NCBI GenBank assembly: GCA_013239625.1
Contig: MU053396.1
Span: 1-64,000 of the forward strand
DNA length: 64,000 bases
Direction: 5' to 3'
From: Lama guanicoe
Lineage: Eukaryota
Shown: piece by piece, positions 49,606-61,000 of the stretch
Layout: each line of letters opens with the position of its first letter
Position numbering within the stretch: the first letter of the stretch is position 1
Program-made: the position numbers and the translations under genes
Notes under the pieces: generated by a model
The model's database searches: none
What the model saw: only the letters and a program-made list of their open reading frames with translations
Told to the model about the DNA's origin: nothing

Positions 49606-52600
49606 CAGCATGCGCCTGTTCTCACTCTGGTTCTCGCAGACTTTCAGGGTGAGGATCTGGTGGCCCTGAACCCTTCTCCTGCTGCTCGCCGAGGCCCTGG
49701 CCCTGACCCAGACCTCGGGGGGTGAGTGCAGGGTTGGGAGGGAACGGCCTCTGCGGGGGAGGAGCAACCCCCTACCCCCGCGCCCCGGGGTAGCGAGGGC
49801 ACGACCCCCGGGGAAAGTGCGACGTCGCCGCCCCTCGCCCAGACCCGTCACCCCATCTCTAACGCTCCCACTCCGCTCTCCCACCCTGAGGTCCTGGCCC
49901 GTTTTCCACCTGCCACCTCTTTAACGTCTAGCGAGCCCTCTCATCCCCGCCCCGCTTTCGCCCCTTCAACATCAGATCCTGGGACCCGTGCCCGCAGGAG
50001 GGTCGCGCAGGTTCTCACCCCTACCCGCCGCCAGGCTCCCACTCCATGAGGTATTTCGAAACGGGGGTATCCCGGCCTGGCCGCAGGGAGCCCTGGTACA
50101 TGGAAGTCGGCTACGTGGATGACACGCAGTTCGTGCGCTTCGATAGTGACGCCCGGAATCCGAGGATGGAGACGCGGGGGCGTGGGGCAGGAGCGGCCGG
50201 CGTATTGGAATCGGGAGACACGGAGAAGCAAGGAGGACGCACAGATTTTCCGAGTGGGCCTGAACACCCTGCGCGGCTGCTACAACCAGAGCAAGGCCGC
50301 TGAGCGACGCGGGCCCGGATCCAGGTCACGATCCCCATCCCCAGGGACTGGACGGGGACCCCCCCCGGGTCTCCAGGCCGAGGGTCACCGAGACATTCCG
50401 CGACCCGCCTGGCCCTCGACCCGGGAGTACTCAACGGGTCTTTCACCGGGTTTCATTTTCGGTTTAGGTTGAATCACCGCTGTTGGTCAGGCCAGCTGCC
50501 GGGTTGACCGCGGAGGTGGGGCTGAGTGGGCGGGGCTGACCCGGGGCGGGGGCGGGGGCGGGGTCTCGCACCTATTAGGATAGGTAAGGCTGCGACCTGG
50601 GGCCGCACGACCTGGACCGCGCGGACCCTGCGGCTCAGATCACCCTGCGCAAGTGGGAGGCGCGGCCGGTGGCGGAGCAGGAGAGGAACGACCTGGAGGG
50701 CACCTGCGTGGAAGGGCTCCGCAGACACCTGGAGAACAGGAAGGAGACGCTGCAGCGCGCAGGAACCAAGGGCCGCGGGGCCTCCACGATCTCCCCTCGG
50801 GCTGGAGCTCGAATCCCACGAGGAGAGGGAGACGGGATCCGTAGGGCACAGAATATACATAGTGACTCGCCAGTGCCTTGATTTTCTCTAAAGGACAATT
50901 AAGGAATGCAGCCTCTTCTGGGAGGAAGTGGGAGACCATCCCTGAAATTAACTGATCAGCTGTGCCCTTTGCTCCAGGCCGCCATCCTGTGAACCATGAC
51001 TCTCTCTCAAAGCCTGTTCTTAGCCTGAGAACACCTTTGGATCCTGACTCCAGCTTTCCTAACATATTCACCCTCCACCCACTCAAGACCATTAGTCTGT
51101 ATTTCTCCTCTTGCACTCCTGAAGCCTCCTGTGTTGACTCTCAACCCGATTCTATACTTTGAAAGCAATACGAGGTATTCCCATACCCACCCAGTCCAGG
51201 CTGGTGTCCCAGGTTTGTGCTGCTTCTTTTCAAACCCATTGTCCTCTCTCTTCTCAGGACTGTCACCTGATGGTGCTTCAGTGACCAAAGGAGGTAATCT
51301 AAAGTCTTTATGTTCTGATACTCTTTGCTCAGACCATCCAAAGACCCATGTGTCCCGCCACCCCATCTCTGACCATGAGGTCACCCTGAGGTGCTGGGCC
51401 CTGGGCTTCTACCCTGCGGAGATCTCACTGACCTGGCAGCGCGATGGGGAGGACCAGGCCCAGGACACGGAGCTCTTGGAGACCAGGCCTGCGGGAGACA
51501 GGACGTTCCAGAAGTGGGCGGCCCTGGTGGTGCCTCCTGGAGAGGAGCAGAGATATATGTGCCACGTGCAGCATGAGGGGCTTCAGGAGCCCCTCACCCT
51601 GAGATGGGGTGAGGAGGGAAACAGGGGGTGGAGCTTCTTCTCAGGTAAAGCAGAAGCCCTTCTGGTGACCTTCAGCAAGATTGGGACTCAACCCTGAGGT
51701 CAGGGCCTGTTCCCTTCTCTTTGCAGAGCCGTATCCTCAGCCATCCGTCCCCATCATGGGCATCACTGTTGGCCTGGTTCTCTTTCTGGTCGCTGCAGCT
51801 GTGGTGGTGGGAGTTATGATCTGGAGGAAGAAGTGCTGAGGTAGGGAAGGGAGGAGGGGATCTGAGTTTTCTTGTCTCACTGGGGATTCAGGCCCAGGTA
51901 CAAGTCTGCCTGCCTCCTTACTGGGAAGAACCATCCACACACACATGCTTGCCATTCTGGAGCTGAGTGCTAGCACTGACTCTTTATAAAGCATGTGTGA
52001 AAATGAAAGACAAATTTTTCACCTTGATAATTCTGCCTAGGGACCAGTTTCCCAGCAGTCAGATGTCAGAGGGGAAGGTCCCCACTGAGGACAGACTTCT
52101 GGGAGGACAGTTGGCCCAGTCCTCCCACATCTTTCTTCATGTTCCTGATCCTGTCCTGGATTACTAGTCACAGATCTGGAAAGTTCTCTGTGGTCCAGAA
52201 TTAGGGGGTTTTCTAGGAACTCATGACTCAGCTTTCTTCCTAGCCTCCCATAGGATGTTTTCTTCTCACAGGTGAAAAAGGAGGGAGCTACACTCAGGCT
52301 GCAAGTAAGTATGGAGTTGTTACGGAAATGACAGGCCAGCCAAGAAACAAGCACCACTCGGAGGGTTGGAGTACTCAGATTTATTACGCTGGCGGGCTCA
52401 GAGGGGCTTCTGCTCCAAAGCTCTGAGCACCTCCAAGACGTGCACATGAGGTTTTATAGGGTTAAGTACAAGTATGGGGCTATTAGCCAATAAGGCTCAA
52501 ACAACAAAAAGCAAGGAATCAGTACACTGGAGCTTATCAATTTGGAACAGATCACGTTACTGACACTTGTTGAGCTTGGATTCATGACTTAGCTTGTTAG

Positions 52601-52709
52601 CCCAGTAAACTGACATTAAACTTCAGATTTACGAGTTAGCCCGGCAGAACTTATATCAGTAAACCGACACTTATCACACTTAGATTTGTGACTTAGCTCG
52701 TTAGCCCAG

Positions 52710-53200
52710 CTAGGCTTTTCCTTCACATTCCCCCCTCTTGATGCTTTCACAACCCTTGTTGGAGTAAGCATCATCATTTACCTGTTGCAGGGGCTCATAA
52801 TTGGAGGCTAACATCTGAAGTTTTATAGCCTCTATTTGCTCACTGACAAAGCGGGTCAGGAAGTTTAGGACACAGGGCCCAAACAGCAGAACTGCAAAAA
52901 TCAGGAGTAAGGGACCTATGAACGGTGCCAGCCAGGTCAGCCCCAGGGGCCTGTCCATGGGCTCTTATCTAAAATATGTTTTTTCTTTTTCACTCGGTCT
53001 TGTAACTCTTGAACCATTTTTCTGACAATTCCTGATTGATTGGCATAAAAACAACACTCTTCGTTTAGGAAGAGGCATAGTCCCCCCTCTTTGGCCGTGA
53101 GTAAGTCCAGGCCCCTCCTGTTTTGTAAGACCATCTCGGCCAGAGAGTCAGTCTGATTTTGCAGAGTTCCCAGGGTTTCTGCTATTTGTTGGAGATCGTG
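52710..53200 (-). pseudogene. env: ERV env TM remnant (SU deleted, frameshifted)
   Basis: ISD LQNRRGLDLLTAKEGGL, CX6CC (CLFLNEECC), membrane anchor WLAPFIGPLLLIFAVLLFGPC in a second frame. Confidence 0.9.
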
Positions 53201-53229
53201 GCTGAATTCACATTTAACAGCTGCGTTGA

Positions 53230-55730
53230 GCTTTCCTCAGGCTTCGGCCGTGCGTTGACTAGCCAGCTTCCGGGTGTGGCTAGAGCAGGGCTGGTCGATC
53301 TTTTTCTGGTCCCTCTTGATCTTGATCTTGAGCGGGTCTCCCGGGACACTCTGAATTTTTCAGGGACCCTCCGTCTGAGGTGCAGTCGCTCTCTTGATCC
53401 TGGAGTGGTGGATCCAAGGGATGATTTCTGCAACTTTAACAGCTGTAGGAGTAGTTAATACCACTAAATATGGCCCCTTCTATGTTGGCTTGGGAGGTTT
53501 CTTTTTTTAATCCTTTATCCATACCTGGTCACCTGGTTTGTGGGGATGCACTTGGACCTGTAATGAAATGGGGTTTTTTTTTATTACCCAACCCCAAACT
53601 TCTCGTAGTACTTTTTCTAGTCCCAACAGTTGTTGGTGGAGCCCTACATTTTCTATTTTTGGGGTGGGATTTCTCATCCTGATTAAAGGTGGCTATCACC
53701 CATAGAGGATTTTAAAGGGAGAGTACCCAATATTAAATCTTGGGGTGCATCTAATTCGCGACAGAGCCAGGGGTAGAATGTCCACCCAGGGGAGCTGGGG
53801 TTTTTTGGCTGATTTTAGCTATCATTTGTTTTAGAGTTCTGTTCATTTGTTCTACCTTCCCTGAGCTTTGAGGCCGGTATGCTGTGTACAGGTTTCAGCG
53901 GATGCTCAGTGCCTTTGCCACTTGCTGTACAATTTTTGCCACAAAGGCGGGTCCATTATCAGACCCGATGGAGGTAGGCATTCCAAATCGAGGGATAACA
54001 TTCCTGAGGAGAGCCTTTGTCATTTTTTTTTTTTTTTGCTTTTTCTGTCCTGGTGGGTTAGGCCTTTACCCACCCTGTGAAGGTGCAGACGAAAACCAGC
54101 AAGTACTTATATCCCTTACTGGGCCCAAGTTTAGTAAAGTCCATTTCTAAATCTTCAAAGGGAGCCAACTCACATCCTTGTATTCCCATTGGCCCAGTTA
54201 GCCCTTGTTTTGGATTGTTTTGTGCACAGAGCAAGCAGCGTTGGGAAACTGATGCACACAGAGTAGGGAGACGAGAAATTAGGAAATATCGCTTTAAGAG
54301 GGCCTCCAAAGCCATTTTTCCCATATGTGTGGCTTTGTGTTGTTGTTGGACTAAACGATAAGCTAGTCATTCTGGGATGAAAACCCTTCCATCCGTCATG
54401 ATCCATCATCCGTCCTTTTCTTTCTTTTTTCGTTTAGCCTATGCCCACTTGTTTCTGTCGTGGCTATATTCTGGGGCAGTGGGTAGCTCTGGCGCTGCCA
54501 TAACTTTAATTACTGAGTGTTCCCGGGCAGCTGCTTCTTTGTCTTTTGATCAGCTAGCCTGTTCCCCTGGCTCACAGGGTCATTTCCTCTTTGGTGTCCC
54601 TTACAGTGAATAATGGCCACTTTCTTTGGATCCCATACTGTCTCCAGTAACTGTAAAATTTCTTCTTTGTTTTTGATTTCTTTTTCCCCAGCAGTCAAAA
54701 GTCCTCTTTCCTTATAGATGGCTCCATGTACATGCAAGGTTGCAAATGCATATTTGGAATCGGTGTATATGTTGACTCATTTTCCTTTCCCTTTACTTAG
54801 TGCCTGGACCAGTGCCCAGATCTCTGCTTGCTGAGCAGACCATCCTGGGGGAAGGGACTCTGCCTTTATTACCTCTCGGGTTATTGTTACAGCGTAACCT
54901 GCTTGCCGTTGTCCATCTTGCATGTAACTGTTGTCGTCTGTGAAAAGTTCCAGGTCTGGGTTTTGCAGGGGCTTGTCGGTTAGATCAGGCCTGCTTGCAT
55001 ACACCTCTTCAATGATTTCTTCGCAGTTGTGGTCAGGTTGCCCTTCCCCTTCAGGCAAATATGTGGCTGGGTTTAAGGTTTGCACAGTCTCTAGACGGAC
55101 TCTTGGATTTTCACATAGAAGCCCCTGGTAGTGGGTCATTCTTGTGTTAGTTACCCACTTGTAACCTGGGCCATTTATCAGGGCCACCACAGAATGGGGC
55201 ACTTTTACATTTAAAGTCTGTCCCAGTGTGAGTTTGTCTGCCTCGTTGACCAGGAGGGCTGTGGCAGCGAGGGCCCGTAAACAGGGTGGCCATCCTGATG
55301 CTACAGGACCCAGTCTTTTAGACAAATGGGCCACAGGTCGCTGCCATTGCCCCACGTTCTGAGTCAGGACTCCAAGAGCGGTTTGGTCTCTTTTATGTAC
55401 AAACAGATTAAGCTCTCGTGTTATATCTGGTAAGCCTAGTGCTGGGGCTTGGGTTAGCAGTTCCTTTAATTGCCTAAAGGCATTTTCTTGTTTAGTTTTT
55501 CATTTGAGGGTTTCTTTTCCTGATCCAGCAGTTGCTTCGTAGAGGGGCTTGGCTATTTTTGAAAACCCGGGGATCCAGATCCAGCAAAACCCAGCTGCGC
55601 CCAGGAACTCTCGCAGTTTTCTTTTTGTTTCCGGTCTGGGTATGAAGCAAATGACTTGTTTTTGTTCTGGTCCTAGGGCTCGATGTCCCTCTGAGATAAT
55701 AAATCCCAAGTATTTGACTGTCTTTTTGGC
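53230..55730 (-). pseudogene. pol: ERV pol remnant (RT C-terminus, connection, RNase H, integrase)
   Basis: VKYLGF...[43 protein letters not shown]...[24 protein letters not shown]; multiple stops and frameshifts. Confidence 0.92.
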
Positions 55731-55739
55731 CTGGACCGG

Positions 55740-56071
55740 CAGAGCTACTAATATCTTGTATTGTCCAGGTCCATTTGAGCAAAACCGAATCCATGGGGGT
55801 AGAGTCTGGGTGATATTCAGCCAGGAGTCAATGTAAGGGAATTGATCTCGGTGGTCTGGGGTTCCAGTGATTATTTGATAGACTGCTCGCACTGTTGCTA
55901 GATCCAGAGTTCCTCCTGAGGGCCACCCGACTCAAAAGGCCGGCCATTTAAGCTCACACAAAGTGCTGAGTCTGCCAGGGGTCATTTAAATTTCACAGTC
56001 TCCTGAAAACCCCTCTTTGAAATTTTTAATCATGAGTCTAGAGTGGTGGGTTTTGACTTAGAGCCTCCCAC
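55740..56071 (-). pseudogene. gag: ERV gag matrix remnant
   Basis: GTG-GGA-GGC start (MGGS-like), LCELKWPAF, GWPSGGTLD, GTPDHRDQFPYIDSW...LPPW. Confidence 0.85.
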
Positions 56072-57238
56072 TTTTTTTAGATGTTTAAAGATAACAGATC
56101 TGTTGCTTTAGATGCTTGGGAAGGTAGTCTTTATATCTCTTTTTTTTCTTTACTCCTTAAAACACCGGAGTTCCCAGAGAGACTGCTCTCTTGCTGGGTC
56201 TATGAGTTGTCTGAAGGCTAATTTGGTCAGGGACTCTGGGTTCCAGTCACAGCTGATGTCTCTGGATCTCAAGGCCTCAAGCAGTTCCAGGGACTTCCTT
56301 CATTAAATCTTCTCTATATCCTGAACTAACATATCAGGGGCGTGGGACTGACAGCAGATGGTAAAACAAATGGACTAGAAAAGGGATCTCCGAGGCCGGG
56401 TGAGCCCGGTCCCGAAGGAATTCGTCTTCTAAACTTGATTCCTGGGGGTCTGAGGCTAGGCAAAAGGGGCACTACTTGGGTCAGTTCAGTAGGGGAACAA
56501 TAAGTCTCAGGTGTTCTGTGACAGAATCAGGTAGGAGATTTTCTCAAAGAAATAGCATCCTAGACTCCGAGGGCACAGGGGCGTTGACTCATTGGCTGTC
56601 TATGTCCTTTTCCCTCCCAGTGTAGCCACCCTGTGCCGGTGTCGCAGACAAGACAAGGGAGGGTTTTCGTTGCGTCCACCTGGCTGCTCCCCTCGCGGGG
56701 ACGAAGGTGCCTCTTAGCTTTGGCGGGTCAGTATAAGCCGCTGACTCCGATCGGGACCCTGAGGGACCGATACCGCCCTGAGCCTTATGAGGTCACCATG
56801 GAACCGCAGGTTGGGACTCACTCGAACTCCATAGCAGAATGCCGTGGAGCTACAAACTCGAGCCTGATCGCATGCTTCACAGGCCGCTCATTCATTCACA
56901 CACACACACACACACACAGAGGTTAACAACAGTCCTCCCACCAATTCCAATATCCTGTTTCCTGTAGGAGGGGATCAGCCTCCTCTTCTGTCCACTGGGA
57001 CAGGACCTGATTCCTCCCGGGGGATTCTACCTTGTCCGGACGGCCACCTGGTGAGTCTGTCCGTCCCTCCATGGAGTCTGGCTCTGGTTGTAGCCCAGCC
57101 ACCCAGGGGGGCTGAGTTGCTGTCACGAAGGAGAACCCGGAATACCGTCGGGCGGCGCCATCTCGTTCGCTGCCGGAATCCCGTCCCCCGGTTGGCCAGA
57201 GCCACCAGTCCAGGGGCTCAAGGGGCCGGCGTGGTTGT

Positions 57239-57256
57239 ATCTCGCTGGGGCCTCCA
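57239..57256 (-). promoter_or_regulatory. Primer-binding site complementary to tRNA-Thr
   Basis: The + strand reads atctcgctggggcctcca, which as I recall it is the 3' 18 nt (including CCA) of mammalian tRNA-Thr(UGU). It lies 4 nt from the 5' LTR. Confidence 0.85.
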
Positions 57257-58015
57257 GAAATGTTACGGAAATGACAGGCCAGCCAAGAAACAAGCACCAC
57301 TTGGAGGGTTGGAGTACTCAGATTTATTACGCCGGCGGGCTCAGAGGGGCTTCTGCTCTGAAGCTCTGAGCACCTCCAAGACGTGCACATGAGGTTTTAT
57401 AGGGTTAAGTACAAGTATGGGGCTATTAGCCAATAAGGCTCAAACAACAAAAAGCAAGGAATCAGTACACTGGAGCTTATCAATTTGGAACAGATCACGT
57501 TACTGACACTTGTTGAGCTTGGATTCATGACTTAGCTTGTTAGCCCAGTAAACTGACACTACACTTCAGATTTACGAGTTAGCCCGGCAGAACTTATATC
57601 AGTAAACCGACACTTATCACACTTAGATTTGTGACTTAGCTTGTTAGCCCAGCTGGGCTTTTCCTTCACAGAGTGAGTGTGGTTCCTGAGACCCTTGTGA
57701 CGGTTCAGCCGGGAGGTCATGGGGGGTGCTCACCCCTCAGAGTTCCTTCTCTAGTTTCTCTCCTGTGGGTTCTGACCACATCCTGGTTTTGTTCTCCCGC
57801 AGGCAGTGACAGAGAGACTCTGATGTGTCTCTCACAGATCCCAGAGGTGAGACACTGGAGGGCCTAGACTGGGAGAGGGGTTGGGGCAGAGGGGATGCCC
57901 TGGGTGTGGGGATTCTCTGAGTGGGACACTGTGAACATGTGGGGGGCTGTTGAGAATGTCAGCACTTCCAAGACTGACCTGAATTGGCTCACGATTCTTT
58001 TCTTTGACAGTGTGA

Positions 58016-61000
58016 GACAGATGCCTTGTGGGGGGCTGAGTGATGCAAGATGTGTTCACGACCCTCTTTGTGACTTCAGATCCCCTGACTGCTCTTTCTG
58101 CAGCTGCATCTGAATGCGTTGGTGCTCCTATTAGCATAATGTGAGTAAGTGGTTAGACTGGCCCACCCCTGCCCCCCATACCCCTCCCCACCCTGAGCTG
58201 TGTTCTCTTCCCTGGTTTACTTTCCTTTTCAGCAGAGGTGGGGCTGGGCCATCTCCATCCCTGTCTTAACTTTGTGTTGCAGTGAGTAATAATGTCTTAC
58301 GTTCCAAATAAAAATGAAGCTGGGTATGACTGTATTACTGCCATGGTGGGTTGAAGTGATAATAAAGGGGAGGGTTCCTAAACTCTGAGAGTGGAAATAA
58401 ATGGAAGCACTGAGAACCTTCCAGAATCTGCATGTTTGCTGTGCTGAGTCTGTTGCAGGGGGAACAGGAGATGGATGTGAGGAGTGTGGCAGGGACCGTG
58501 CCCAGTCAGTGCTCAGTTCATTGTGGGCTGTGAAGGGGTCACTACTGGGATGGGTCATCTTCTCTATTCCTGTGTCCCTGTAACTTCAGTATAACCTGGT
58601 CCCACCAGGACCTGTGATCACAGGTACTCAGAAGTCATCTGGGCCTTGTCCTGTCTGGAGGACGTTGACAGCGAGGGCTTCCTGTAACCATGTTAGGCTA
58701 AGCTCAGACCAGAGTCCAGCCCTCAGCCCCTGTCTTTTTTGAGTGTGTTCATATTTTGCCTATTTAAAAACTTTTTTAAATTATGACTGTTCTTTTTCAA
58801 ATTTGGAGTTCTGGCCTCATTCTGTTCTGGGTGTTCTACATCTCAGACACCAGCAGGAGTCATTTTTGCCAGCCATTGTCCCCACAAGTCCCAGGGGTCC
58901 CTGCACACAGGCTCTCAGTGGTATCAAGAGAGAAATTCTTAGCTTCATCTAGCTCTTACCCTCCTTCTACCACTGTTGCCAGGATTCTACTTTATATGTT
59001 TTCACCACATTTTTTAAGGAACAAAGATTCTAGAATTAGCAAAGAGGGGAAACCCAATTGTTTCCCACCTTCACTGAATTCTTGCTGGATTTCTGTCTTC
59101 TCTGCAGTCGGCTCCCTCTCTCTGCCCTTAGATCTAGTAATGCTAATGCTGCCTCCAATCCCAACTCATGGATTTATAGAGCAGATCTGATGTAGATTCA
59201 CAGTAGGTTGGACCATAGGACCCATAAGCCTAGGATCATCTTTTCTGAGGAGACAGACATCATTGTGTGAGCTGTGCAGACAGGCTGCTTGGGGTGGAGG
59301 GGTGATCACCACTTGTGAGAGATGGAAAAATGCTTTGGGGGATGAAAATGTTCCAAAATTGACTGTGGGTACCATCACACCTCCCTGTGAATATGCTAAA
59401 ATCAACTCTTTCCAATGGGTGGATGAGATATGTGAATTATATATCAATATAGCTGTTGTAACAAAAAAAAATTAGGCCACACATCAAATGAAGCAGAGAT
59501 GGGAGGACCACCTTGGGAACTGAACAGAAAGACATGAAAAAGCTCAGGGAAGTGGACCTGCTAGCATATAATAAAACTGGAAAAATCCCAGGAGACTGTT
59601 TCCCAAAGGAAACTTTCTCAGGCAGTAAGGACTGAGCAAATGGGCAGAGTAGTAACTTCAGTGTGTCTGTCCTTTGTAGGCAGGGACTGACTCTAGGAGC
59701 CAATATTACAGCACCAACGAGGATAATAGGGTCCCAGAAAGTTAGAGGACAGGTGACAACAAGATAGAAACAAGGACTAAATCCCTAAATAAACTACAAT
59801 GTCAAAATGGAAGCAGCCGATACAGACTAGAAGGGCTTTCTGGAAATGTTTAGTATATCGTCGTGTTTCTGGGGGCAAGGTGGACGGACAGCCAGCAAGA
59901 GTGTTGCTTAGTATAATAGATAAGAATAACTGAATTGAAGGCTGGGATGACTTGCCTAATAGAAGCTTACCATCCCTTATCCAGTTTCCAGACCTGAGCC
60001 AGTTCTCAGACCCAGGACTCACTGGCTGAAGGGAGTCAAGGTCCCCTGAGGAAATGCCCTGAAACACATGACAATACATGTGTGCAGTGTGAATTCCCCA
60101 TGTCCTTCCATGTAGATATCAATGGCTATTTTTCAGATTTCCATTCACTGACAGAAGGGAAGATCTAGGTCCCTTTATGTCTACTGGATGCAGAGTCCAA
60201 TTTGACACTGATACCTGGGAGCCAAAGTACCACCATGAACCCCCATTAGAGAAGAAGGATTTGGGGAGATGTCTTAATTTGAGTCCTATCTTAGGTCCAC
60301 CCGTGTGTCAGTGGGTTCTCTGTCTCCACATATCCACTTGGTGGGAATCTCCCCAGTTTCCAAATATCTCATTTGAAGGGACATATGCAGAGTTGGCCAA
60401 AATCCTCATGTTGGTTCTATAACCTTTGGGATAAAAGCTTTAGTGAGAAAAGCCAAGTAGAAGCCCCTGAAAAGCCTCCCAAACTCAGCCAAGATGGAAC
60501 ATTAAAGACAATGTTGTATCTTAAGGGTAATGACAGAGGTAAACGTCCTCCTCAGAGACTTAAAGGATGAGGGGGTTCCCCATCACACAACCACCTGATT
60601 CACCCCTGAGGTTCTTTCAGAAACCAGAAGGGTCATTGCCAATGACAGTGACACAGTGCTAACTCAGCCCTGCTGCCTTTCTTTTCATTTCCTACCTTTG
60701 TGTTTCTATCTATCAGTTCTCTCTTTTAATTCCAAATTACTTGGAAATCTGGATCAGTTTCTCGGGAACATACTTTTGATCCAGATTGTTGTGGAATGAG
60801 CACCAAATCCTGTGAACATGATTTCTTTCTTTATTCCAGTCTCCTCAATCCTAGCCTCAGCCCTGTGAGAGGCTATGATGTCAGATGTTTCCCAAACTCA
60901 CCCTGTGGTTGGCAGACACTATGTTGGTCCCCAGTGTTCCCTCCTCTGGTATCACACCCATGCGTAATATATGCTTTTGGAACATATACTGGACCTAATA

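Larger units (their letters stand above)
52318..57670 (-). mobile_element. Gamma-type (class I) endogenous retrovirus, internally deleted provirus with both LTRs
   Basis: 410-bp LTRs at 57261-57670 (5') and 52318-52727 (3'), TG...CA. 4-bp TSD GAGT. PBS 57239-57256, PPT 52728-52739. gag MA, RT/RNase H, IN and env TM remnants. Confidence 0.97.
49649..58015 (+). pseudogene. MHC class I pseudogene, copy C (exons 49649-49721, 50035-50299, 50562-50762, 51333-51608, 51727-51840, 52272-52304, 57803-57846, 58011-58015)
   Basis: ATG>GTG and TGA at 49667. 5-nt deletion in exon 2 and donor GT>CT. Exon 3 lacks its acceptor, has TAG/TAA, a net 75-nt deletion and a GA donor. TGA at 51837. Exon 7 is 4 nt short. 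Provirus in intron 6. Confidence 0.95.

Noticed and set aside
52710..53200. Domesticated env / syncytin-like gene
   Set aside because: SU and signal peptide are deleted and the TM is split by a frameshift.
53182..53433. Arg/Ser-rich ORF (RETRSRSRSRGTRKRS) as a Rev/Rex-like accessory gene
   Set aside because: It is an alternative frame of the integrase C-terminus ([10 protein letters not shown]...DPLKIKIK) and has no ATG start.
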